Below are positions 27,971 through 37,201 of a stretch of DNA of 64,000 nucleotides, piece by piece. The notes beneath the pieces are model-generated. The model worked only from the letters and a program-made list of their open reading frames with translations. It was not told where the DNA came from and did no database searches. A program made the position numbers and the translations under genes. The DNA lies in assembly GCA_023270055.1 (NCBI GenBank), contig JAGDYB010000017.1, positions 6,581 through 70,580 of the forward strand, given 5' to 3'. Every line of letters starts with the position of its first letter. Position 1 is the stretch's first letter. The stretch comes from Candidatus Micrarchaeota archaeon. GTDB taxonomy: Archaea > Micrarchaeota > Micrarchaeia > Micrarchaeales > CABMGC01.

Positions 27971-30900
27971 ATGCAACCTGAGATAATAAATTATGTAAAA
28001 TTTGGAGTTCTGTCCCCTGAGCAAATAAAGAGGCTCAGCGTTGCCAAGCTTACCGTGCCTGACACATATACAGAAGATGGCTATCCAATAGACGGCGGGC
28101 TGCTGGACCAGAGGCTCGGGGTTATAGACCCGGGACTCGTGTGCAAGACGTGCGGCGGCAGGGCTAAGATATGCCCAGGCCATTTCGGGCACATAGAGCT
28201 CGTCAGGCCCGTGGTGCATTCAGATTTTGCAAAAATCATATATCTCCTTTTGCAGGCAAAATGCCAAAGCTGCAACAGGATAATGCTCAATGAGGAGCAG
28301 ACAGAGGAGGCGAAGGAGAAAATTCGGGTATTCGTAGAAGGCAACGATGAAGACAATCAGGAAAATTTCGAGGGCAACAGCCTACTCAAGAAGCTCAGGA
28401 ACATAAAGAAGTGCCCGCATTGCGGAGCGCCGCAGCAGAAAGTCAAGTTTGAGGCTCCTACATACTTCTATATAGGCGACAAGAGGCTCAAGCCTGACGA
28501 AATCAGGGATATGCTTGCAAAGATAAGCGACGACGACCTTAGGCTGCTCAACATAGATCCGAAGAGCAGCAGGCCGGAATGGCTCATACTCACATCGCTT
28601 CTCGTGCCGCCGGTAAACGTTAGGCCATCAATAACGCTCGAATCGGGAGAAAGGAGCGAAGACGACCTTACGCACAAACTCGTTGATGTGATGAGGATAA
28701 ACCAGAGGCTCGAGCAGAACATAAACGCTGGAGCGCCGCAGATCATAATAGACGACCTGTGGGAGCTTCTGCAGTACAATGTGACAACCTATTTCAACAA
28801 CGAGACGCCAGGCATACCTCCAGCAAGGCACAGAAGCGGAAGAGCATTGAAGACGCTCGCGCAGAGGCTGAAGGGCAAGGAGGGAAGGTTCAGGTACAAC
28901 CTTAGCGGAAAGAGGGTCAATTATTCGGCAAGAACGGTAATATCTGTAGACCCGTACCTTGATATAGATGAAGTAGGCCTCCCATTCGAAATTGCAAGCA
29001 AGCTGACGCTGCCGTTCTATGTCACAAAATGGAATTTTGACAAGGCAAAGGAGCTTCTGGCAAGGAAGGAGTATCCGACAGTGGTGAACGTAATAACAAA
29101 GGACAAAAAAAGAAGAAGGATCGTTGACACCAACAGGGAGGAGGTACTTAAGGAGCTGCAGGTTGGCGACATACTTGAAAGACAGGTTACCGATGGCGAT
29201 ATAGTGCTCTTCAACAGGCAGCCTTCGCTGCACCGCATTTCTATTATGGCACACAGGGTAAAGGTGCTGCCTGGAAAAACGATGAGACTCAACTACTGCG
29301 CCACGTTCCCTTACAATGCAGATTTCGATGGAGACGAGATGAACTTGCACGTGCCACAAACGCTAGAAGCGCTTGCGGAGGCAAAGTATCTTATGCAGGT
29401 GAAAGATCAGGTATTCTCGCCAAGAGACGGCGGCGCAATAATATCAAACAGCGAAGACGGCATAACAGGGGCTTTCCTTCTCACCGATGACAACACAAAA
29501 CTTACTAAGGAGGAGGCGATAAATCTGCTTGCAAACGTTGGCGTGTACGAGTTGCCGCACCCAGACAAGAATGGCCTCTACAGCGGAAAGGACGTATTTT
29601 CTATGCTGCTTCCGAAGGATTTCGACTTCGAATACAAGAAAGGCAACAACACCGTAAAGATAAAGAATGGAAAGATTGTAGAAGGGACAATGACAAAGGA
29701 CGTGTATGGGCAGAAGGGCAAGATGATAGAGAAGCTTTACGTCACCTACGGCCCTGATTTCCTTAGAGAATTTATAACAAAATCAGCAAGGATGACATAT
29801 GCATACCTCACGATGTGGGGTATAACCATAGGCGTAAAGGATTACATGCTAAGCCAAAAGCTTGCCGAGGAGAAGGAGAAGATATTGAGCGACGCGTTCA
29901 GCAAGACAAACAAGTATATAGAAGAGTACAAGGCTGGCACTTTGAAGAACATGGTCGGGTACACCAGAAAGCAGTCACTTGAGAATTATATTATAGCTGA
30001 GCTTGACAGGGCAAGAGAGCAGGCTGGGCAGGAAGTGGTTAAGAACTCAGATCCAAAAAGCCATTCTATAGTGATGGTAAGGGCTGGGGCCAGAGGAACA
30101 ATAATGAATTTGGTACAAATGACCGCGTTCCTCGGGCAGCAGGCAACGCTGAAGGGCGGGAGAATAAAGAGGGGCTATGCTTCAAACAGGGTATTGCCAA
30201 CCATAAAACCCAACGACATGACACCTACAGCAAAGGGATTCATAGTGTCCAGCTACTATTCCGGACTTTCGCCTGAAGAGCTGTTCATGCACGCGATCGG
30301 ATCAAGAATATCGCTTGTGTACAAGGCAATGCTTACCGCGAGGAGCGGCTACCTGCAGAGAAGGCTTATAAACGCGCTGCAGGATTACTACGTGAACAAG
30401 GACGAAAGCGTAAGGGATATACACGGCAACATAATAGAGACGCTTTATGGAGGCGACGGCGTAGACCCAATCAAGGTGAGGTTTACCGACTACCTGGAAA
30501 AGAAGGAGCTGCAGGCAGCGCACGGAGAGCCTGTCGGTGTCGTGGCAGCGCAGTCAATAGGCGAGCCTAGCACCCAGATGGTCCTGCGTTCATTCCATTT
30601 TGCAGGTATAACCTCGACAATTGCGACTTCGGGGCTGCCCAGGATGGTGGAACTGCTCGATGCGAAAAAGAAGCCTTCGGCACCGCTGACATATGTATAC
30701 TTTGACAAATCGATAAACAAGAACTTTGACAAGGTAGAAAAAATAGCCAATTCGATAAACGAGGTAAAGGTAAGCGATGTGGCAAGGAGGATAACCGACA
30801 ACTTTTCAAAAGGCATAGTAATAGTAAGGCTTGACACGCAGGTGCTCGAGGCAAACGGGATGAAGCCGGGATTTGTCTCAGAGAAGATAGCAAAGCAGCT

Positions 30901-31543
30901 CAAGCTCGATGCAAAGGTCGTAAATGGAAGGAGTATAGTCATAAAGACGCATACCAAAAACCACAAGGCGATAAGGAATATACTGCTTCAGGTGAAGTCG
31001 CTCACGATAAACGGACTGCATGGCGTGGGCAAGGTGTTCATACAAAACGACAGCACAACCGGCGAGTTCTATTTGATAACAACAGACAGCAACCTGCAGG
31101 AACTGCTTAATGTTGAAGGTGTTGATGCAAACCGCATATACACAAATGACATTTTCGAGATATACCGCGTGTTTGGCATAGAAGCGGCGAGGAACGCGCT
31201 TGCAAGGGAGCTGAAAAAGATTCTTGCGGAGCAAGGATTCACGGTAAACGACAGGCACTTGCTTGTTGTGGCAGACGCCATGACCGCGGACGGCACGCTG
31301 CGCAACGTAGGCAGGCACGGGCTCAGCGGAAGCAAGGGATCCGTATTCGCAAGGGCCGCATACGAGGAAACGGTGAAGCACATAACAAACGCTGCCGCGT
31401 TTGGAGAAATAGACCAAATGAAGGGAGTCACAGAGAACATACTGGTTGGCAAGCAGATACAGCTTGGCACCGGCATTGTGAAGCTTGCGATAAAGAAGGA
31501 GGATCTGGCAAAAATAACCGACAAGGCAAAGCCGGAAAAATAA
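27971..31543 (+). CDS. rpoA: RNA polymerase largest subunit, A' and A'' regions in one ORF (Rpo1 unsplit)
   Basis: 1190 aa. A' hallmarks are CKTCGGRAKICPGHFGHIEL and NADFDGDEMNLHVPQ. A'' hallmarks are GVVAAQSIGEPSTQMVLRSFHFAG and the C-terminal VFGIEAARNAL...DRHLLVVADAMT...GVTENILVGKQIQLGTG. No stop or frame change between them. Confidence 0.93.
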   Translation: MQPEIINYVKFGVLSPEQIKRLSVAKLTVPDTYTEDGYPIDGGLLDQRLGVIDPGLVCKTCGGRAKICPGHFGHIELVRPVVHSDFAKIIYLLLQAKCQSCNRIMLNEEQTEEAKEKIRVFVEGNDEDNQENFEGNSLLKKLRNIKKCPHCGAPQQKVKFEAPTYFYIGDKRLKPDEIRDMLAKISDDDLRLLNIDPKSSRPEWLILTSLLVPPVNVRPSITLESGERSEDDLTHKLVDVMRINQRLEQNINAGAPQIIIDDLWELLQYNVTTYFNNETPGIPPARHRSGRALKTLAQRLKGKEGRFRYNLSGKRVNYSARTVISVDPYLDIDEVGLPFEIASKLTLPFYVTKWNFDKAKELLARKEYPTVVNVITKDKKRRRIVDTNREEVLKELQVGDILERQVTDGDIVLFNRQPSLHRISIMAHRVKVLPGKTMRLNYCATFPYNADFDGDEMNLHVPQTLEALAEAKYLMQVKDQVFSPRDGGAIISNSEDGITGAFLLTDDNTKLTKEEAINLLANVGVYELPHPDKNGLYSGKDVFSMLLPKDFDFEYKKGNNTVKIKNGKIVEGTMTKDVYGQKGKMIEKLYVTYGPDFLREFITKSARMTYAYLTMWGITIGVKDYMLSQKLAEEKEKILSDAFSKTNKYIEEYKAGTLKNMVGYTRKQSLENYIIAELDRAREQAGQEVVKNSDPKSHSIVMVRAGARGTIMNLVQMTAFLGQQATLKGGRIKRGYASNRVLPTIKPNDMTPTAKGFIVSSYYSGLSPEELFMHAIGSRISLVYKAMLTARSGYLQRRLINALQDYYVNKDESVRDIHGNIIETLYGGDGVDPIKVRFTDYLEKKELQAAHGEPVGVVAAQSIGEPSTQMVLRSFHFAGITSTIATSGLPRMVELLDAKKKPSAPLTYVYFDKSINKNFDKVEKIANSINEVKVSDVARRITDNFSKGIVIVRLDTQVLEANGMKPGFVSEKIAKQLKLDAKVVNGRSIVIKTHTKNHKAIRNILLQVKSLTINGLHGVGKVFIQNDSTTGEFYLITTDSNLQELLNVEGVDANRIYTNDIFEIYRVFGIEAARNALARELKKILAEQGFTVNDRHLLVVADAMTADGTLRNVGRHGLSGSKGSVFARAAYEETVKHITNAAAFGEIDQMKGVTENILVGKQIQLGTGIVKLAIKKEDLAKITDKAKPEK

Positions 31544-31588
31544 GAAAAGTGCATTGATATTGTTTGAAGTATTTGTTTGGTGAAATAA

Positions 31589-31813
31589 ATGATGCAGGAA
31601 AGACCTTTCGACCTTTTGAACAAGGGAATAGGGCAGCAGGTTTTGATCAGGCTGAAGAACAACCTGAACATACGCGGAAAGATGACCTCCTTTGACATAC
31701 ACATGAATATAGTTCTGGAGGGTGCGGAAGAGCTTGACGAGGGAAATGTCAAGGCAAAGCTCGGCACCATCTTGCTCAGAGGGGGCAATATACTGTTTAT
31801 ATCGCCGGTATGA
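31589..31813 (+). CDS. Sm-like archaeal protein (SmAP/LSm)
   Basis: 74 aa. Sm1 block VLIRLKNNLNIRGKMTSFDIHMNIVLEGAEE and Sm2 block ILLRGGNILFISP. Confidence 0.88.
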   Translation: MMQERPFDLLNKGIGQQVLIRLKNNLNIRGKMTSFDIHMNIVLEGAEELDEGNVKAKLGTILLRGGNILFISPV

Positions 31814-31822
31814 TTTGGCTTT

Positions 31823-31919
31823 GGGCTCCTGGCGCAATGGTAGCGCGCCTGCATGGCATGCAGGAGGTTGCGGGTTCGAATTTGGCTTCACATATGCCAC
31901 GAGAATCCCGCGGAGTCCA
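31823..31919 (+). tRNA. tRNA-Ala (anticodon GGC) with a 25-nt intron in the T-loop
   Basis: Hand fold. Acceptor GGGCTCC/GGAGTCC with G3:U70. D arm GCGC-AATGGTA-GCGC. Anticodon stem CCTGC/GCAGG with loop ATGGCAT. T-stem halves GCGGG (31870-74) and CCCGC (31907-11) are separated by 32 nt instead of 7. Removing 25 nt (for example 31882-31906) restores the T-loop TTCGAAT. Discriminator A, no CCA. Confidence 0.85.
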
Positions 31920-31924
31920 TTTTT
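31920..31924 (+). terminator. oligo-T tract directly after tRNA-Ala
   Basis: TTTTT begins at the nucleotide after the discriminator base. Archaeal termination typically uses T-runs. Confidence 0.35.
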
Positions 31925-31968
31925 GAATGTCTTCCGAAGCCGAGCCGCTCGATTTAGCTGATTGACGA

Positions 31969-32541
31969 ATGGGCTTGGCTGATTTAAATATCTGCCAAAA
32001 GTTCATACATCTGATTTTTATGCCTGAAAGTATGGAAGCAATGAAAGATGAACATGAGCTTGTAAAAAGGGCCATACAGTTAGAAAAACAGCTGATGCCA
32101 TCGCCGTTTTTAAGGCTGTTAAGAAAGAATGAAGTAGACTTTTCCAAGGTAAAGAAGGAGTTGATTGACATAATGAACACAATAATGCTAGACAAAGACG
32201 CAGCCCTTGAATATGTAGAGAAACATGATCCAACTAGGATAAAGGATCTGTACGGCGTGGATTACGACAGGCTCATTGATATCTATTTCAAGATGGACCG
32301 CATTGTCATGAGGTCACCGCTCAACTTGAGCACTCCTGAAATGATTCCTTATTATTCGGCGATACTAGTATACAATGATAAAAACAAGCAGCTGGCCAAA
32401 GAGATAGTAAACATGATTGTCGACAAAGCAAAGGATATGCCTGAACCTGAAAGAAGGCATGAAAACCATGGTTTCAAACGCCCGCCAGTGGTATACCCAG
32501 AATACCCGAATGTCTCAAGCAAACACGTAAAGAGCTACTGA
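31969..32541 (+). CDS. hypothetical protein
   Basis: 190-aa ORF, charged and helical, no recognised motif. A TTTAAATA element at about 31984 inside the ORF suggests the real start is one of the Met codons at 32020-32041 (MPESMEAMKDEH...). Confidence 0.55.
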   Translation: MGLADLNICQKFIHLIFMPESMEAMKDEHELVKRAIQLEKQLMPSPFLRLLRKNEVDFSKVKKELIDIMNTIMLDKDAALEYVEKHDPTRIKDLYGVDYDRLIDIYFKMDRIVMRSPLNLSTPEMIPYYSAILVYNDKNKQLAKEIVNMIVDKAKDMPEPERRHENHGFKRPPVVYPEYPNVSSKHVKSY

Positions 32542-32619
32542 ACAAGAAGAAAACTTTTCCTATTTTGATTTTTCAAGAGTTTTTTTATAGTTTGCCTGCT
32601 TTTACATTTAGGGGTTTTT

Positions 32620-33966
32620 ATGCGCATCCTTAAGAATCTTGGAAAAACCGATAGAGAAATACACGACATGATAAAAAAGGAACTCAAAAGACAGAGAGAA
32701 AGCCTTGAGCTCATACCTTCCGAAAACTTCGCGAGCATGGCGGTGATGGAGGCTGTCGGTTCGGTGCTGACCAACAAATACTCCGAAGGCTATCCTGGAA
32801 GAAGGTACTACGGCGGCAACGAATTTGTTGACAAAATAGAAAGCATTGCGATAGAGCGAGCGAAGGCTCTTTTCGGAGTTCCGTATGCAAACGTGCAACC
32901 CTATTCAGGCTCGCCAGCGAATTTCGCGATATATGCTGCTACATGCAAGCCTGGAGATGTGGTAATGGGGATGAATCTTACGGACGGCGGACATCTCACG
33001 CACGGATGGAAGACGAGCGTTACTGGGCAATATTTCAAAAGCGTGCCCTACCATGTGAAAAGCGATGGCTACATTGACATAGATGAAGCGCGAAAGCTGG
33101 CAAGCGAAAACAAGCCCAGGCTGATATGGATTGGCGCTACAGCATATACAAGGGCGCTGCCATTCAAGGAGTTTGCCGAGATAGCCGATGCTGAAGGCGC
33201 TTATCTTGCCGCTGACATATCGCACGTCTCAGGGCTTGTGATAGCAGGAGTGCATGAAAGCCCTGCCAAGTATGCAGACATTATAATGACGACTACCCAC
33301 AAAACACTTAGGGGTCCGAGGGGCGCAATAATCATGGTCACGGACAAGGGCCTGCAGAAGGATCCTGAGCTTGCAAGCAAGATAGAAAAAACTGTTTTTC
33401 CTGGATTGCAGGGCGGTCCACACGATCATACAACTGCGGGAATTGCCGTGGCACTGCTCGAAGCCTCGACGCCGGAATTCAAGACCTATGGACGGCAGAT
33501 AGTCACGAATGCGAAAGCTCTTGCGGAAGAATTGAAAGCAAGGGGGCTAAAGCTCGTTACAAATGGCACAGACAACCATATGATCCTGGTTGACCTTACA
33601 CCGATTGGCAAGGGAATGGGCCTGTTTGTACAAGAAGCGCTGGACAAGGCTGGGATAACGGTGAACAAAAACACGATTCCAAACGAGCCGTTTTCCCCAT
33701 TCTACCCGAGCGGGATACGGCTTGGCACGCCAGCAGTTACCACAAGGGGCATGAAAGAGCAGGAAATGAAGGTTATAGGAGGCTACATTGCAGATGTCAT
33801 TGAAGAGATAAAATCCTACAGTATGCCTGAAGAAAAGGAGGAAAGACAAGAGTATATAGCGAAGTTCAAAAAAGAGATAGGCAAAAACAGGAAAATAAAA
33901 GAGATAAAAAAGAATGTGGTTGATCTGTGCAAGAGATTTCCGCTTTACGAAGGTGTGAAGATATAA
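32620..33966 (+). CDS. glyA: serine hydroxymethyltransferase
   Basis: 448 aa. LELIPSENFAS, the GYPGRRYYGG block, and the PLP-lysine block TTTHKTLRGPRG. Confidence 0.95.
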   Translation: MRILKNLGKTDREIHDMIKKELKRQRESLELIPSENFASMAVMEAVGSVLTNKYSEGYPGRRYYGGNEFVDKIESIAIERAKALFGVPYANVQPYSGSPANFAIYAATCKPGDVVMGMNLTDGGHLTHGWKTSVTGQYFKSVPYHVKSDGYIDIDEARKLASENKPRLIWIGATAYTRALPFKEFAEIADAEGAYLAADISHVSGLVIAGVHESPAKYADIIMTTTHKTLRGPRGAIIMVTDKGLQKDPELASKIEKTVFPGLQGGPHDHTTAGIAVALLEASTPEFKTYGRQIVTNAKALAEELKARGLKLVTNGTDNHMILVDLTPIGKGMGLFVQEALDKAGITVNKNTIPNEPFSPFYPSGIRLGTPAVTTRGMKEQEMKVIGGYIADVIEEIKSYSMPEEKEERQEYIAKFKKEIGKNRKIKEIKKNVVDLCKRFPLYEGVKI

Positions 33967-33981
33967 GCTTGAGGCAAGTGT

Positions 33982-35691
33982 TCAACCGAGTATTGCCTTC
34001 TTTTTCTGGGCTATTCTTATTTCGGCGTTGAGCCTGCCCAGCCTTGAGTCAGACATGTCTATAAATTTCATGTGCTTTGTGACCGAGGGATGCACCTTGT
34101 TCACCTCGTTATAAACTAGCTGAACCATCTTTCTATAGTCCGGATGCCCACTCGGAGTGGTTCTTAGCTCGCAGAAATGGTAAAGTTGCCTTGCATTGAA
34201 CCTGTAATACCAGTGGAGGTTATACCCGAACGTGACAACATATTGCGCCTGATACGGCAACTTTTCGCTTAGTTTGTTGTATAGATCCTTTACTTCGGCC
34301 ATTTTGCTCTTGTAGTCGTCTGCTATCCCTATGTCTTCATACTCGCTGCGCATTTCATAGCCCAAGCTTGTCGAGAATCTTTGCCTTTCCTGTGTTCCTA
34401 TTCTGTGCCTCTGAAGGTCGCGGTATATGCCAACCCTTCCAGTAAAATCGAACATATAATCGACATTTTCAAACGCCCTCCCCGGCTTGTTGCGCCTGTT
34501 CTCCCTCATACCAACATATGCCGCGATCAGCGCGTCCCTCTTTTCCTGCCCCATTTCCTCCGCGCGCTTGTATGCCTCATTAAAAGACATGCCATCAGCG
34601 TACCTGTACACAAGCGCACTTGCAATCTTTTTGCTTGCCTCTCCGTTAGGATCCTGCGCCCCTTTGCCGGTATAATCGACAAGTTCGGCGCGGGCGCCGC
34701 CTTTTCCGGCGGGGGAGCCAGCTTCGATATAGCTAGGCATAATTCTCTCACGGTTTGAGAGAAGCTCCTGATAGTATTTGTCGTGGCTTTCGAGAACCCT
34801 GTATATCAGCGACGGCGCAAGTTTGTTCAATTCATTGTACAGGTTCTTGGCTATCCACTTGCTTTCTGCAAGTTGTGACGCAAAAAGCTTGTTCAGTATG
34901 TTTTCGTACGCCCTTGCATTTGCATTTATTCCAACGTGCGTGAGCGTAGCCATCGGGAGATAATCCCTCATGAAATCAAGAGCATTGGCCTTTATCGCAT
35001 TGTCGTATGCTTTTTGCATGTCTGCATCGGTTATGCCCGTTTCCTCTTCTATCTTTTTGCTGAGCTCGCTTATTCTTATCTGGTTTTCGCCTATCCGAAA
35101 ATACTGCGCATCGATTGGGTTCCTGTCTTTTATGTATTTGATCATTTCCGGGGTGCCTTTTACGTACGAATCAAAAAGTCCCGTCATAAGTTCAACATAC
35201 TTGTCGCCAAGGTTGGATTGCATTATATCCGGATCCCTGTAAAACATATAGCTTCCGTTCGGCAGCTTTTTGTCGAAGAATACGTATCGTGTCGATTTTT
35301 CTATGAAAGATGCACCTATCCTTGAGTCTTCAAGCTCCTTTACTGCCAGATTCGATATATATTCGCACGAAACGGGTAGGCCGCCAGACATTTCTTGTAT
35401 TGAGTCGTCGCCATAATCAGCAAGCCATGAGAGAAAGAATTCGCGGCCGCGAAATTTGTTTGGCAGAAATTCTTTCAGGTAAAGCCTTCTGCCTGTGTAA
35501 ACTGTCCTGCTGTACCTCGAGAGCAATGCGCCTGACTGTTCTGTTGTAAGTGCTTCGGATATCTTCCAAGCATATATGTTTTTGTCTGTGTTTGTGACAA
35601 CTTTGTCGAGTTCGGCGAGCTCCGCGTCTGAGAACTCTTCAACCGAAAAACCTGCATCCCCGTCCCAAAAACTCAGCGTAATGCTCCCCAT
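33982..35691 (-). CDS. ThyX-family (flavin-dependent thymidylate synthase-like) protein, double-length form
   Basis: 569 aa. C-terminal half carries YRDLQRHRIGTQERQRFS, which resembles the ThyX RHR...S.R motif. The N-terminal half has ALLSRYSRT. Canonical ThyX is much shorter, so a two-lobed pseudo-dimer architecture is inferred. Confidence 0.5.
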   Translation of the reverse strand: MGSITLSFWDGDAGFSVEEFSDAELAELDKVVTNTDKNIYAWKISEALTTEQSGALLSRYSRTVYTGRRLYLKEFLPNKFRGREFFLSWLADYGDDSIQEMSGGLPVSCEYISNLAVKELEDSRIGASFIEKSTRYVFFDKKLPNGSYMFYRDPDIMQSNLGDKYVELMTGLFDSYVKGTPEMIKYIKDRNPIDAQYFRIGENQIRISELSKKIEEETGITDADMQKAYDNAIKANALDFMRDYLPMATLTHVGINANARAYENILNKLFASQLAESKWIAKNLYNELNKLAPSLIYRVLESHDKYYQELLSNRERIMPSYIEAGSPAGKGGARAELVDYTGKGAQDPNGEASKKIASALVYRYADGMSFNEAYKRAEEMGQEKRDALIAAYVGMRENRRNKPGRAFENVDYMFDFTGRVGIYRDLQRHRIGTQERQRFSTSLGYEMRSEYEDIGIADDYKSKMAEVKDLYNKLSEKLPYQAQYVVTFGYNLHWYYRFNARQLYHFCELRTTPSGHPDYRKMVQLVYNEVNKVHPSVTKHMKFIDMSDSRLGRLNAEIRIAQKKKAILG

Positions 35692-35850
35692 CGAATCAGC
35701 CCGTCTCCTTTACCTTATAATATTGCCACAAGGTATTTTATTGCTTGCGAAGCGCGCGCTGCAACAATATTGAGAATCCGCTGCAGAAGTGATGGTTGCT
35801 GTTAAACGCGGGATTGGGATAGGATTTTATGCCTATTTATCTATATAATA

Positions 35851-36441
35851 TTGATGCAAATATCCGAAGATGAAATAACAAAAAGATACGCAAAGATCTA
35901 TTTAGAGATACTCATGCGATACAGGGAGTATATTGAGGAAAGCGAGAGCCTGTACATTGCGGAGCTTTCAAAACTCGTAACGCCAGAAAAGGAAAGTATA
36001 GTGAACATCGCAAACGACATCAAAGGCAAATTTCCGTCTTACAGCATGACCGAAAATTTCTACGAGGCGGCAAATTACGCATTCGAATATATAAACGAAA
36101 ATATTCTTACTGTGGTAATGCCAATCCAGTTCTGGCTTTATCCCGAAGAAACTGTTTCGTGCGGCGCTGGCGACGTCTTTGACAAGGCCACGCTGCTGTG
36201 CAGCATTTTCATAGCGCTTGGAAATCCTTCTGCGATGGTGCTTACAAAAGAGCAGCCCACAGGAAAGCTGGTAAGAGTATATTGCGAATACAACAACAAG
36301 CTAATAGTGGCTGACGTGGAGAAAGGGATAACAGTGATGGAAAGCTACGACAAGTTTCTGGAGAGCATTGGGCTAGGAGGCGACAGGCAGAATGTGAGTG
36401 CCTACGAATTTAACGACAAAAGGTACAGGACTATCGTTTAG
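35851..36441 (+). CDS. hypothetical protein
   Basis: 196-aa ORF with ordinary globular composition. The segment SCGAGDVFDKATLLCSIFIALGNP faintly recalls a transglutaminase-like Cys block, but I found no matching His/Asp. No call made. Confidence 0.55.
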   Translation: MMQISEDEITKRYAKIYLEILMRYREYIEESESLYIAELSKLVTPEKESIVNIANDIKGKFPSYSMTENFYEAANYAFEYINENILTVVMPIQFWLYPEETVSCGAGDVFDKATLLCSIFIALGNPSAMVLTKEQPTGKLVRVYCEYNNKLIVADVEKGITVMESYDKFLESIGLGGDRQNVSAYEFNDKRYRTIV

Positions 36442-36546
36442 ACGCCTTTCTCTTCGCTCTTTTCAACTTGTTTACCTTCACGCGCCTGTATGCCTTTCCA
36501 ACTTTCCTTTTTTTCTTGCTTACGGTTTTTTGCATTCAATCAACCT

Positions 36547-37077
36547 TCAATCAACCTTTATATTATGTATTTTGCCCTCAATGCTTCCTTTTTTAATGTT
36601 TATCTCGAGCACGCCGTTGTTGTACTTTGCGGTTGCGCTGTCTGGCTCCACTGCTGCTGGCAATTTCACGACCTTTGCGTAATCCCTTCCTGTTTCGCTG
36701 TTTTTTGCATATATGCTAATCGATGTGCGCGAAGCGCTGATTTTAATGTCTTCCTTGCTGACCCCCGGGAGCTCCGCTATTACCGTTATCTCCCCATCCT
36801 TGTTTATTACATCGACCAACGGCTCCCTTTCTTCAGTGATTTTTGTGCCGTTGGGCAGACTTTTCACATTTCCGAAAGGCTCCACCATCGGCACGCCGTC
36901 CTTGGATATCTTTACATTGACACCGTATATCATTGGCGTGTCCTTTGAAAGCTTGTCCAAATTGTTGTACAGCTCCTTAAGCAGCGAGTTGAACATGCTG
37001 GAAAAATTCGGGTCCTGGATAAAGAAATTGTCCAGATAGTTAAAAGGATCATCGTACGGCTTTTTTCTTTTTGCCAT
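36547..37077 (-). CDS. hsp20: small heat shock protein (Hsp20 / alpha-crystallin domain)
   Basis: 176 aa. VIAELPGVSKEDIKISAS, AKVVKLPAAVEPDSATAKYNNGVLEINIKK. Confidence 0.88.
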   Translation of the reverse strand: MAKRKKPYDDPFNYLDNFFIQDPNFSSMFNSLLKELYNNLDKLSKDTPMIYGVNVKISKDGVPMVEPFGNVKSLPNGTKITEEREPLVDVINKDGEITVIAELPGVSKEDIKISASRTSISIYAKNSETGRDYAKVVKLPAAVEPDSATAKYNNGVLEINIKKGSIEGKIHNIKVD

Positions 37078-37201
37078 ATAAACACCCCCGGCACATTTTA
37101 ATTTGCCGGTTATATTTTTGCAATTATATTATTTATGCAAAAGATATATATGATTGTCGATGCCGCATTTGATTTATTTGATTTTTTGATGATTTGCGAA
37201 T

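Noticed and set aside
25280-31900. Very long antisense ORFs inside the RNA polymerase genes: 25280..26512 (410 aa), 26663..27856 (397 aa), 28628..29359 (243 aa) and 30878..31900 (340 aa).
   Set aside because: I checked 25280..26512, 26663..27856 and 30878..31900. All three lie in the codon-aligned antisense frame of rpoB''/B'/A, where a stop arises only opposite sense codons TTA, CTA or TCA. Their length therefore just reflects strong avoidance of those three codons in these genes. I did not check the frame of 28628..29359. The translations are Arg/Leu/Val/His/Tyr-rich and not protein-like, and the sense-strand genes are unambiguous.
36536-36557. Perfect 11-bp tandem duplication TCAATCAACCT x2 spanning the hsp20 stop codon.
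   Set aside because: It is a single small slippage-type duplication at a gene end, with no further copies and no array.
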